Positions 30,864 through 39,315 of a DNA stretch of 64,000 nucleotides are shown here, piece after piece. Numbering within the stretch: position 1 is the stretch's first letter; each line of letters opens with the position of its first letter. Below the pieces are notes generated by a model that saw only the letters and a program-made list of their open reading frames with translations, was not told where the DNA came from and searched no databases. The stretch lies in NCBI GenBank assembly GCA_964574215.1, contig CAZNLR010000020.1, positions 2,466 to 66,465 of the forward strand. Direction: 5' to 3'. A program made the position numbers and the translations under genes. Source of the stretch: an uncultured Rhodospirillaceae bacterium (GTDB lineage Bacteria; Pseudomonadota; Alphaproteobacteria; Rhodospirillales; UBA2165).

Positions 30864-31136
30864 GCGACCGCAATTGCCCCCGTGCGGCTAAAGTTTATAA
30901 AAATCAAACAGATATAGAGTGAATAAGCCGCTCGCGCCTTAATCGCAAGGGGCCCGTTTGAATAGCCAGTGGCGACTTCCGCCCCATTTAAGCCATTTAT
31001 TAGTAATAATTTCACCATTTTATTCAATAAAATCACAGGACTAAGGGGTCAACGGTTGTTCCCGAATGAGGGAGAGGCTAAAGTTTACGGCATAATGCCG
31101 AAAAAAGGGCGGCCTCACGGACAATTGGACGGTCAT

Positions 31137-31664
31137 ATGAACCTAAAAAGATTACGGTTCGTCAATGTTTCTGCAGTCCCGATCATGGTTATGGGGCTAT
31201 GGATGATCTTGCCTTTTTCCCAGGCCTTTGCCGAAGCGGGTTTCTTGGGTCTCGAAGTCCAGGGCATCAATGCCAAGCTGGCGAAAGTGCTGGATAAAGG
31301 CAAGTCAGCCGGTGTGCTGGTCAAGGATGTCGCCATCGGCGAGGCCGGGGCGTTGGCCGGGTTCCGCCGGGGTGATTTGATCGTCAAATTCGCCCGCAGC
31401 CGGGTTCGCTCTTTCGATGATCTCCTCAAGGCCGTGGTAAAGACCAAACCCAGCCAGGAAATTACCGTCGACGTTTACCGGGACGGCAAACACAAGTCCT
31501 TGAAACTGAAGCTCGGGAACCAAAAAGGAAGCCATCACCGAACGACTGGACACATTCAAAGGGGATATCGCCTGGGCCGCTCTGCAAGGGGCGGCCTTCC
31601 TGGACCCGGCCTACGCCCACGATCTGCTGTCCGGCGGCGGCTTCGACGATTTGCTGGACGGTGA
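31137..31664 (+). CDS. Secreted single-PDZ-domain protein; the 3' end is suspect (frame break near 31520-31528)
   Basis: Signal peptide (MNLKRLRFVNVSAVPIMVMGLWMILPFSQAFA) plus a complete HtrA-type PDZ domain ending ...DVYRDGKHKSLKLKLGN. The last 47 codons are Arg/Gly-rich, look non-native, and overlap the next ORF. The track start at 30969 was rejected in favour of ATG 31137. Confidence 0.6.
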   Translation: MNLKRLRFVNVSAVPIMVMGLWMILPFSQAFAEAGFLGLEVQGINAKLAKVLDKGKSAGVLVKDVAIGEAGALAGFRRGDLIVKFARSRVRSFDDLLKAVVKTKPSQEITVDVYRDGKHKSLKLKLGNQKGSHHRTTGHIQRGYRLGRSARGGLPGPGLRPRSAVRRRLRRFAGR

Positions 31665-33270
31665 CGCCAAAGCCCGCCTGGAGCACTTGATGGAGCGCAG
31701 CGTCCTGGCCGCCGAGGCCGACGCCGCCCGCGCCGGGGCACAGAGGGAGCGGGAGGAAAAACGCCTGGCCGAGCAGAGATTGCTCATATTCCGGGCCGAA
31801 TTCGAAACCGCCCTGGATAATGGCGAGACGGCGCGTGAACCGGTGGCCCGGGCGCTCTATCACGGGGTGATCGACGAGGCCGAAGCCGGACGCCTGCTGG
31901 CAGCCGCCGACGCCGCCGACCGGACGGCATCGGAACGTTATGAACGGATCGAGAGGACCGGAAGAAAACTGGAAGACGCGGTCTGGCAGGCTGATTTATT
32001 CGACCTGGAAAATGCCGAAGAACGGGCCGGGCTCGACGCTTATTACGAGGACGTCGTCGCCCCCAGCCTGCCCGCCCTGTCGCCGCCCGCCCGGGATAAG
32101 GCGGAGGAGAATTTTCTTGGGAAATCCGGATTTGTCGCCAGGCTGTTCGCCCAAGGGCTGGGGACGGCGCTGGCATCGCGGGATGTGGCCGCCGTGGCCG
32201 CCGCCGCCCGCCGGGTCAATCGCCTGGCCGCCGACGAGGACATCCTGGACCAGTTCACCCGCCTGATCCCGGCGTCCCGGCTGATCCGCGCCCGCGCTAT
32301 CGCCCTTTACGCCGATCTGCACATGGCGCCGGCCGAGGCGGTGCAGCGGGGAGACCGGCGGTTGATCGCGGGCACGCGGGCGCTCAGACAAAAGCGGGAG
32401 AAATACGTTGTCTTCGCACCTCTTATCCTTTCGCCGTTTTTTGCCGCAATCATCAATGTTTGGCTCCTCGTTTTGTCACTATTCAAACGGCGGTGGCGGC
32501 AGGCACTGACCGAGCAGGCGACGACGGCGGTCGATCAGGCCAAGGAGTCAACGGCGGCGGCCCGAAGTGGTGTGGTGGCCGCCTCGGCGAAAGTGAGTGC
32601 CGCCCTCAAGACGGGCGATATCAGAGCCTTCGGCCTGGCGCAGCACGAATTGGCCAATGCCCGCGCCGGTCTCAAAGCGGCCAACGCCGGTTACCGCCAG
32701 GCCCAGGCGTCCCTAGACGAGACGTTGGCGGAATATGCAGAGGCTAAAAGTCATTATGAAAGTTTAAACGACCAGGAAACCGGCTGGGGTTTGCCGGGGG
32801 GTGTAAATTTTTCCGATGAAAAAATGACCCAGGCATTGCAGTCCCTGTCTCTACAAATCGCCCAGGCGCTTACGGGCGTCAGCAAAATCGCACCGACGGG
32901 ACTACCGGCGCAGTTTACCAACCCAATCACCGAAGAGAAACAGCAGATTGACCTCCCCAATCCCACCGATACCAATCCGCCGGGCCCGCCGCCGGGGGCG
33001 GTGACTGATCTTGATGTGGATAAAGCGCCGCCGAGTTCCATAGATAACATGATCGCAGACATTCAACAGACGCTAAATGATCTCCAACAAGTTGATAACC
33101 ACACCATGGAAACCAGAACGCAAATGGCTGGTGCTTTGGCGGCACTGGCGGCGTTGGTCGCCGTCAGCAATGCCATGAAGTTCGGGCGAGTCGGGCTCGG
33201 TTTACCGCCCGTTGTGCCAGGTCAATTCGATGATATCGTATATCCTGGCGGCAAACCGCCGAGTACCTAG
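31651..33270 (+). CDS. Hypothetical Ala-rich membrane protein; true 5' end unresolved
   Basis: The frame is open from 31510 with a protein-like translation (KEAITERLDTFKGDIAWAALQGAAFLDPAYAHDLL), but the first ATG/GTG/TTG is TTG 31651. It has a central TM segment (VFAPLILSPFFAAIINVWLLVLSLF), Ala/Gln-rich helical stretches, a Pro-rich tract (NPPGPPPGA) and a hydrophobic C-terminal segment. No family was recognised. Confidence 0.5.
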   Translation: MLDGDAKARLEHLMERSVLAAEADAARAGAQREREEKRLAEQRLLIFRAEFETALDNGETAREPVARALYHGVIDEAEAGRLLAAADAADRTASERYERIERTGRKLEDAVWQADLFDLENAEERAGLDAYYEDVVAPSLPALSPPARDKAEENFLGKSGFVARLFAQGLGTALASRDVAAVAAAARRVNRLAADEDILDQFTRLIPASRLIRARAIALYADLHMAPAEAVQRGDRRLIAGTRALRQKREKYVVFAPLILSPFFAAIINVWLLVLSLFKRRWRQALTEQATTAVDQAKESTAAARSGVVAASAKVSAALKTGDIRAFGLAQHELANARAGLKAANAGYRQAQASLDETLAEYAEAKSHYESLNDQETGWGLPGGVNFSDEKMTQALQSLSLQIAQALTGVSKIAPTGLPAQFTNPITEEKQQIDLPNPTDTNPPGPPPGAVTDLDVDKAPPSSIDNMIADIQQTLNDLQQVDNHTMETRTQMAGALAALAALVAVSNAMKFGRVGLGLPPVVPGQFDDIVYPGGKPPST

Positions 33271-33328
33271 AATAGATCGAACCTCAAATCGTATATTACC
33301 CAAATGCTGAAACCAAGATAGTAATCAG

Positions 33329-34183
33329 ATGAACGAGTCCAAGGAAAGTTTACTGCACCGCATGAAATGGTCACGTAAGCAAGTGATTGGATATCTGATC
33401 GCTTCAGTATTTATCGTTCTGTTTTTTTGGGCAAAGGATATCTTAAATCAGAACAAAGTCCGGTTTTTCACCTTCCTTGACGGAGTGGCGTCAAAGGAAA
33501 TACTAGTGGATCAGTTTGAAGAAGTGGTGTTTCGTGGTGAGTTTGGTGACAAAAATATGTTCATCAGTAAATGGCTGTCACCAATGCGGGTAGTCAAACT
33601 CGATCTTACGGAAGTTGAATACGCATCAATAATCGAAAATCATTTAAATTCTCTTGCAAAAATTACCGCGCTTAGACATGAACTTGTTGCCGAACAAAAG
33701 ACAGCCAATGTATTCATGCGATTTACCACGCTCGGGAAAATTATGGTCAAGATGAAAGAAAATCGTGATTTTTTCAAAGGCCACCGAGAAATTAGTTATA
33801 CAACGGCGTGTTTCGCTCGATTTGTTTCTAAATCAGGCATTATCCAAAAGGCTGGAGTTATCGTTACTGACAATAAAGCACCGGACAATCCTCAAAAGCG
33901 CAGTCTTGAGTCCGTATCCAGCTGCATCCTGGAGGAACTCACCCAATCCATGGGCCTGCCAAGAGACACCGAACGAATTTTTCCGTCCCTGTTCAGTGAG
34001 ATCTACGACATCGATTATCTCTCCATCAACGACAAGATCATCATCCGCACCCTCTACGACAAGCGCATCAGGCCGGGCATGCTTAAGGCCGACGCTATGG
34101 CGCAAGCCCGCATCATCATTCCCGAACTGATCAAGGCGGTGGACGAGCGGGGTGAGGAAGCGCTTTACCAGCAACCCAAATAA
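33329..34183 (+). CDS. Membrane-anchored hypothetical protein, possibly DUF2927-like
   Basis: N-terminal TM helix (VIGYLIASVFIVLFFW). The segment CILEELTQSMGLPRDTERIFPSLFSE recalls the DUF2927 family from memory; this is unverified. Confidence 0.45.
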   Translation: MNESKESLLHRMKWSRKQVIGYLIASVFIVLFFWAKDILNQNKVRFFTFLDGVASKEILVDQFEEVVFRGEFGDKNMFISKWLSPMRVVKLDLTEVEYASIIENHLNSLAKITALRHELVAEQKTANVFMRFTTLGKIMVKMKENRDFFKGHREISYTTACFARFVSKSGIIQKAGVIVTDNKAPDNPQKRSLESVSSCILEELTQSMGLPRDTERIFPSLFSEIYDIDYLSINDKIIIRTLYDKRIRPGMLKADAMAQARIIIPELIKAVDERGEEALYQQPK

Positions 34184-34213
34184 CCAGGAAAAAAACAGGA
34201 ACAAATAAAAGGA

Positions 34214-34456
34214 ATGCCCCACATGACAAACCAAATGATCTATCAAAACGTCGACCTGACCGACGACCCGAGGATGGTGGACTATCAGGACAAGCTCGCC
34301 GCCTTTAAGGAAGCGCGGGCGGTCTACAGTGAGATTTACGATACCCCCAACGCCGACTACGACAAGATCGAGGCCGCCCGCCGGGCCTTCAAACAGGCCG
34401 AAACCGACATGGAAAAGGCCGAGGCGGTGCTGCCCAAGAATTGGTTGAAGGATTAA
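34214..34456 (+). CDS. Small helical hypothetical protein (about 77-80 aa)
   Basis: Charged, helix-prone sequence. AAGGA at 34209-34213 favours the second ATG (34223) as the start. No family was recognised. Confidence 0.4.
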   Translation: MPHMTNQMIYQNVDLTDDPRMVDYQDKLAAFKEARAVYSEIYDTPNADYDKIEAARRAFKQAETDMEKAEAVLPKNWLKD

Positions 34457-34477
34457 TAGAGAAAACGGGGGGAGGCT

Positions 34478-35272
34478 TTACCCCTTGCGGGCTTCTTCGA
34501 TCAGTTCCTTGAGGGTGGCGAGGTCGACGGCGCCGGGGATGATGCGGTTGCCGATTACGAAGCCGGGCGTGCCCCTGATATCCAGTTTCTCCGCCAGCTC
34601 CCGGTTGATGTTGATCATGCCGTCGATCTCGGGCGCGCCCATGTGTTTCTTGATCCGGGCCACGTCGAGGCCGGCTTTCGCCGCCAGACTGAAAATCCGG
34701 CTGTCCGACAATCCGCCCTTGGCCTCGATCAGCCGCCGGTGAAAATCGAAATACTTTTCCTTTTCGAACTTCCAGGCGACCAGGGCGGCGCGGGCGGCGG
34801 TTTCGGACGACGGCGAGAGGATGGGAAACTCCTTGAACACATAGCGGAGGTTCTTATCGTCTTTCAGCAGCGACTGGACGGCGGGAAAGACCTTTTTGCA
34901 AAAGCCGCAATTGTAGTCGAAAAATTCCACGATGGTGACGTCGCCCTTGGGGTTGCCGGCGACGGGCGAGGTGGGGTCGTCCAGAAGCTGATTTTTGTAG
35001 GCCACCAGATTGTGCCGGACGCGGTTCTGTTTATCGGTTTTCTCGCGCTCCTGCAGAAGGCGGATGGCTTCGACGATGATCTCGGGATTTTTACGCAGAT
35101 AATCGCCGATGACCTGCTCCACTTCCTTTTTTTGCAGCGGGCTGAGGCTGGAATTCGCTTCCGGCTGCTTGTCCTGGGCGGAGGCGGGGCCGGAAAAAGC
35201 CAGCATCGCGGCCGCCAGCAAAAAGGCGCCGCCAAACAACAGGGGAAGATTAATGCGCGGTCGTGGGATCAT
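34478..35272 (-). CDS. DsbA-family periplasmic thiol:disulfide oxidoreductase
   Basis: Signal peptide and the thioredoxin-fold active site FFDYNCGFCKK (C-x-x-C). Confidence 0.85.
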   Translation of the reverse strand: MIPRPRINLPLLFGGAFLLAAAMLAFSGPASAQDKQPEANSSLSPLQKKEVEQVIGDYLRKNPEIIVEAIRLLQEREKTDKQNRVRHNLVAYKNQLLDDPTSPVAGNPKGDVTIVEFFDYNCGFCKKVFPAVQSLLKDDKNLRYVFKEFPILSPSSETAARAALVAWKFEKEKYFDFHRRLIEAKGGLSDSRIFSLAAKAGLDVARIKKHMGAPEIDGMININRELAEKLDIRGTPGFVIGNRIIPGAVDLATLKELIEEARKG

Positions 35273-35418
35273 TGGGGTCTCTCTATCTTTGTCCCACTAT
35301 GATGGCGAAGGATTGCCGCCGGGACAAGGTCCGACGTACAAAATCCGCCCTATATCACAAAGACTTGTTTGAAAACGCCCGAGGTCCCGCCGCCCCGGCA
35401 CTTGGATGACACGCCATG

Positions 35419-36150
35419 TCACTTGGATAAAATAATGTCGGCGAAGTGGGCGTCGCCCGTCCCGCCGCCCGTCCCGCCGCTTGTCCCTCCGCTTGACCGG
35501 GCCGAAAACCCGACGAACATGACCTGTGCTTGGGCGTGTTCGTCCCGGGGCCAAAGTCTTTTGTAAAGCGCGGCCAGGTCGATATTTTCGGTCGTCCAGC
35601 CCTTGGTCACGGCGCCGCCGTGGGCGATGTAGCGGGGAATGCGGGCGGCGCGGGACACCGTCCCCTGTTTGGTGGCGTCGGCGTCCCAGGTGAGGGCGAT
35701 GATGCGGTCGTGGGGCGGCACGTCGGTGCCGATATAGGCCAGAGGCTGGCTGCCCCAGCTGCCGCTTTTGGGATCACCGCCATGGAAACCGACGATCAGG
35801 CGGACCGGGTGTTCCCCGCCCGTAAAGGAGCCGAGCTTCCAGGACCAGGAGAGGAACGGGGCGGCCAGCAGATTGGCCCGGACCCGGCGCATCAGGGCGA
35901 ACCGCTTTTTCCCTGTTTTCAGGGAAAGGGAGGGGGAGCCGTCCACCGTCGACGAGGAAATATTGTATTTGAGAAATTCTCCCAGCTCGACGCCTTCAAT
36001 GATCCAGTCGTCGCCGATATTGTCGCGCGAAATCGGCGTGGCGGGCCCGAACACCTCCAAATAGCCTTCCGGGGTGATTTCGGCCCGCGGCACGGTGCAG
36101 CCGGTGAGCAGCAGCATGGCGCATAACGCCGCCGCCAATTTCTTGAACAT
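35419..36150 (-). CDS. DUF3047-like lipoprotein
   Basis: The start was moved to the internal MFKKLAAALCAMLLLTGC (lipobox LTGC). The track ORF extends to 36246 and would overlap the M48 gene. The C-terminus carries a Gly/Ser/Thr repeat (SSGGTSGGTGGGTG). The family call is from memory. Confidence 0.55.
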   Translation of the reverse strand: MFKKLAAALCAMLLLTGCTVPRAEITPEGYLEVFGPATPISRDNIGDDWIIEGVELGEFLKYNISSSTVDGSPSLSLKTGKKRFALMRRVRANLLAAPFLSWSWKLGSFTGGEHPVRLIVGFHGGDPKSGSWGSQPLAYIGTDVPPHDRIIALTWDADATKQGTVSRAARIPRYIAHGGAVTKGWTTENIDLAALYKRLWPRDEHAQAQVMFVGFSARSSGGTSGGTGGGTGDAHFADIILSK

Positions 36151-36179
36151 AGGGCCTGCCGGATAGCGCCGCACCGGAC

Positions 36180-37583
36180 CTAGCGCCGCTTGTCCGCGTT
36201 TTTGTTGTCCGTCGCCGCGACGATGATGTCTTCGGCCCGCAGCCAATCGGGCGACCCTCTTTTCAGCAGCTTTTTCGCCCGTTCGGCAATCGATATGGCG
36301 GCGTCGTTACGCCCGTAGAGCAGGGCCTCCTCGGCCAGGGCGCGGGAACTCTTACCCATTTTTTTCTGCCTGCCGTAAGCAGTTGCGAGCAGGCGCCAGG
36401 CGAACGGACGTTCCGGGTTCCGGGCCAACGCTAATTCCAAATTACCGATGGCCGCCTCGGTCATGTCGGGCCGGTTACTTTCGATTTGAGCCTGCGCCAG
36501 GCCGGTCCGCAACAGCGCCGACTTGGGCAACAGATCGACCGCCTTTTCCAGTTGCGGTAAGGCTTCGTGGACTTTGCCGCTTTCGAACAGAATCTGACCC
36601 TTGAGTTCCCAGAAATAGGGATCATTGGGATGGGAATCGATCAACCGTTCGGTCAGTTCCAGGGCCTTGGGCAAATCCGGTTTGCGGTGATAGGCGATGG
36701 CGCGGGCGTAAATCGCCGGCAGGGACTGGTCGGTTTCGGGAAAGCGCCGGAAGGTCCGGGCGGGTGACTGCAAAAACGCCAGCAGTTTCACCTTCATGCG
36801 GTCATGCATGAGGGCGAACTTTTTCGATTCCGGTTTGATGTTCGCCCGGGTGTTTTGGACATGATCGCGCAAATAGGAAATTCTCTCCTGGGTGATGGGG
36901 TGGGTGCGCATGTAAGGGTCCTGATGGGAAACGTTCAGCAGTTCCTGGTCGCTCATCAACGCCATGAAATCCATCAGTCCCTGCGACGACTGACCCGTGC
37001 GGTCGAGGAATCTGGTCGCCGCCCGGTCCGCTGACGCTTCCTGGGTGCGGCTGAATTTCAGGTAGGATCTGACGCCCGCCGTCGAGCCGCCCACCACCAA
37101 CGCCGCGCCCAGGTCGGGTCGTCCGGCGATCACTGCCGCGCCGCCGAGAATATACCCCAAGGCCGTCGCCGCCGAGACGCCGCGTCGCGCACTGGCGGCT
37201 TTAATCAGATGACCGCCGGCAATATGACCGGTTTCGTGGGCAATCACGCCAATGACTTCACTCGCCGATTTGGTCTGCATCAGGAGGCCGGAATTCATGA
37301 ACAATTGCTGGCCCCCGGCAACAAAAGCGTTGAGACTGTTGTCATTTACGATATGAATGCGTATTGAATCGGGTTCCAGGCCGGCGGCCAGGAACAAGGG
37401 CGTTGCGAAAACGCGAAGTGTATTTTCGATCTCGGCGTCTCTGATAAAACTTATTTTTTTGGCTGCCGCGCTTTCGGCAAGAACGGCGGATAAACCGAGA
37501 ACCAGGCAAAAGACAATAATCAATATGCGACATGGCACGATGCGACATTGTATGAGGCGATTTTTTTTGAAGGTGTTTGACAA
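36180..37583 (-). CDS. M48-family zinc metalloprotease with C-terminal TPR repeats (BepA/YfgC-like)
   Basis: HETGHIAGGH (HExxH) motif, a signal-like N-terminus, and TPR-like repeats in the C-terminal half. Confidence 0.85.
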   Translation of the reverse strand: MSNTFKKNRLIQCRIVPCRILIIVFCLVLGLSAVLAESAAAKKISFIRDAEIENTLRVFATPLFLAAGLEPDSIRIHIVNDNSLNAFVAGGQQLFMNSGLLMQTKSASEVIGVIAHETGHIAGGHLIKAASARRGVSAATALGYILGGAAVIAGRPDLGAALVVGGSTAGVRSYLKFSRTQEASADRAATRFLDRTGQSSQGLMDFMALMSDQELLNVSHQDPYMRTHPITQERISYLRDHVQNTRANIKPESKKFALMHDRMKVKLLAFLQSPARTFRRFPETDQSLPAIYARAIAYHRKPDLPKALELTERLIDSHPNDPYFWELKGQILFESGKVHEALPQLEKAVDLLPKSALLRTGLAQAQIESNRPDMTEAAIGNLELALARNPERPFAWRLLATAYGRQKKMGKSSRALAEEALLYGRNDAAISIAERAKKLLKRGSPDWLRAEDIIVAATDNKNADKRR

Positions 37584-37638
37584 GGGTAGATTCTCCGGTT
37601 CCGAGGCTCAACGTAGGCTTGCGAAGGGAACCCGTCAA

Positions 37639-39315
37639 TTGTCCGCAGCCCGAAATAGCGCAAATTTTATCCGCCGAACGGCCCTGCTGTTGGTTTTGGC
37701 GCCGGCGGGCCTGCTTGCCGGATGCACCGGTACGGATGTTCAACGGGGCGTTGAGGGCTTTGTTAAGGGTTTTATCGGCGGTGTCGCCGGTGACGAGCCG
37801 CGGGCCGTCTTGGCAGCCCGAAAAGTACTGTCATCCGGGGGATCCGCTGCAGACGCCGCAACCGCCATGTATTTTACGCTGGCGGTTACCATGCCTTCAT
37901 CGGCGGGTCTTGGCGGCGGTGGCGTATGTCTTTACCGCGACGCCAAATCCAAAAAGATGGAGGCATTAAATTTTGTGGCGGCGAAACCAGCCAATATATC
38001 TGCCTCGGCAGGCCGTCCCAGCGCCGTTCCCGGCAACCCTTTGGGCTTTTTTGCTCTTCATACGCGCTATGGCCGGTTGCGTTGGGCGGAAATGGTGTCG
38101 GTGGGCGAAAAACTGGCCCGGTTCGGGACCCAGGCCTCGCGCAGTCTGGTGCGTGATCTGACCCCCGTGGCGGCCGCGTTGCTCCAGGACACGGAGAGCC
38201 GGCGGATTTTCGCCAAACCCGACGGCAGCCTGATCAAGGAAGGGGATTTTTTCCGGCAGATCGACCTGGCGAGTTCGATCGGCAATATTCGCGCCAATGG
38301 CCCGGCTGAATTTTACCTGGGCAAATTCGCCCGGCAGCTGGTTGATGCGGTGCGGGCCGCCGGCGGGTCATTGTCCCTGGAAGACCTTCGCGCCTTCAAG
38401 CCCAAATGGCGCGAACCCATCAGCGTAAATATCACCAACCGGGTCGGATTTTTGGTGGGTACCCATACGGTCTATTTCTCGCCGCCACCGGCGACGGCGG
38501 GCCTATTGGAAGCGCAAATGATCGGTATGATGGAGGCCGAAAATCTTTTCAACCGTGCAAACAGACTGGAACGTCATCATGTCCTGGCGGAAGTCGCCGT
38601 CAGGGCTTTCGGCGACCGGGAAAGCTGGCTGCGGGACGATTTTTCAGTCGCCATGGAAGAAAAATCCCTGGTGTCGGAAAACCATCTGGAACGGTTGGCC
38701 AATACTTTCAACGGCAACCGGCATTTGTCGCCCAAGGCATTTCAACCGGCGCCCCGGCAAAGACCGGAGAACCCTTCGGCGACCAGTTTTGTCATCATCG
38801 ACCGGGAAAGTTCGGCGGTCGCCTGCTCCCTGACCATGAACAACAGTTTTGGCACCGGCAGAATTGCACCGGGGACAGGAATTATGCTGGCCGCCGCACC
38901 CACCAGCCGGGGCCGCGGGCCGACCGCTCTCGGTCCCGCGATGGTGTTGAACAATCAATCCAATCAACTGTTTTTTGCCGGTGCGGCGTCAGGTGGAATA
39001 GCTGCGCCCACCGCGCTGACTGCCGTCCTGGCCAGAACCATGATGGGCAAGGAACGGCTCAAAGGCGCGCTGGCCGCGCCGCGTGTCCACCATGGCGGCG
39101 CCCCTGATATTACTTTCCATGAGCAAATTTTGCCTAAGAACGCCATGAATTACCTTTCCAAAAGAGGTCATCAAATCGCCGCGACACCTATTTTGGGTAT
39201 GGTCAACGCCGCCTTTTGCCCAGGTGGTTTGCCGCGCGATCCGGAATCCTGTGTTTTGGGAACCGATCCGCGAGGCAGCGGCCTGTCGACCCTAGCCAAC
39301 GAGAGACCGCAGTGA
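37639..39315 (+). CDS. ggt: Gamma-glutamyltransferase-family protein (lipoprotein)
   Basis: GGT-family motifs are present (GGGGVCLY; the ATSFVIIDRESSAVA nucleophile region; NNSFGTG). The start is uncertain. TTG 37639 gives a canonical lipoprotein signal (…LLVLAPAGLLAGC). ATG 37525 and the track start 37357 would overlap the divergent M48 gene. Confidence 0.8.
   Translation: MSAARNSANFIRRTALLLVLAPAGLLAGCTGTDVQRGVEGFVKGFIGGVAGDEPRAVLAARKVLSSGGSAADAATAMYFTLAVTMPSSAGLGGGGVCLYRDAKSKKMEALNFVAAKPANISASAGRPSAVPGNPLGFFALHTRYGRLRWAEMVSVGEKLARFGTQASRSLVRDLTPVAAALLQDTESRRIFAKPDGSLIKEGDFFRQIDLASSIGNIRANGPAEFYLGKFARQLVDAVRAAGGSLSLEDLRAFKPKWREPISVNITNRVGFLVGTHTVYFSPPPATAGLLEAQMIGMMEAENLFNRANRLERHHVLAEVAVRAFGDRESWLRDDFSVAMEEKSLVSENHLERLANTFNGNRHLSPKAFQPAPRQRPENPSATSFVIIDRESSAVACSLTMNNSFGTGRIAPGTGIMLAAAPTSRGRGPTALGPAMVLNNQSNQLFFAGAASGGIAAPTALTAVLARTMMGKERLKGALAAPRVHHGGAPDITFHEQILPKNAMNYLSKRGHQIAATPILGMVNAAFCPGGLPRDPESCVLGTDPRGSGLSTLANERPQ

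Noticed and set aside
30886-31087. Exact 12-nt direct repeat GGCTAAAGTTTA at 30886 and 31076, upstream of the PDZ gene
   Set aside because: A rough estimate gives about one such nearby 12-mer repeat by chance in 64 kb. It has no dyad symmetry and no third copy. It remains a possibility only as a regulator half-site.
30969-31136. N-terminal extension of the PDZ ORF (track start 30969)
   Set aside because: The extension lacks protein-like character and lies in an AT-rich intergenic stretch. ATG 31137 gives an immediate canonical signal peptide.
34643-36126. 219-aa and 198-aa plus-strand ORFs opposite dsbA and the DUF3047 gene
   Set aside because: They are antisense to genes with a signal peptide and active-site motifs, in a 60-70% GC region where stop-free antisense frames are expected.
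36151-36246. N-terminal extension of the DUF3047 ORF overlapping the M48 gene's 3' end
   Set aside because: The extension is Arg/Gly-rich (MAAGRRHHRRGDGQQKRG...), and the internal Met gives a lipoprotein signal with a lipobox.
38406-39107. 233-aa alternative-frame ORF inside ggt
   Set aside because: It is on the same strand, out of frame with a well-supported GGT gene, and has a Gly/Arg/Pro-rich junk composition.
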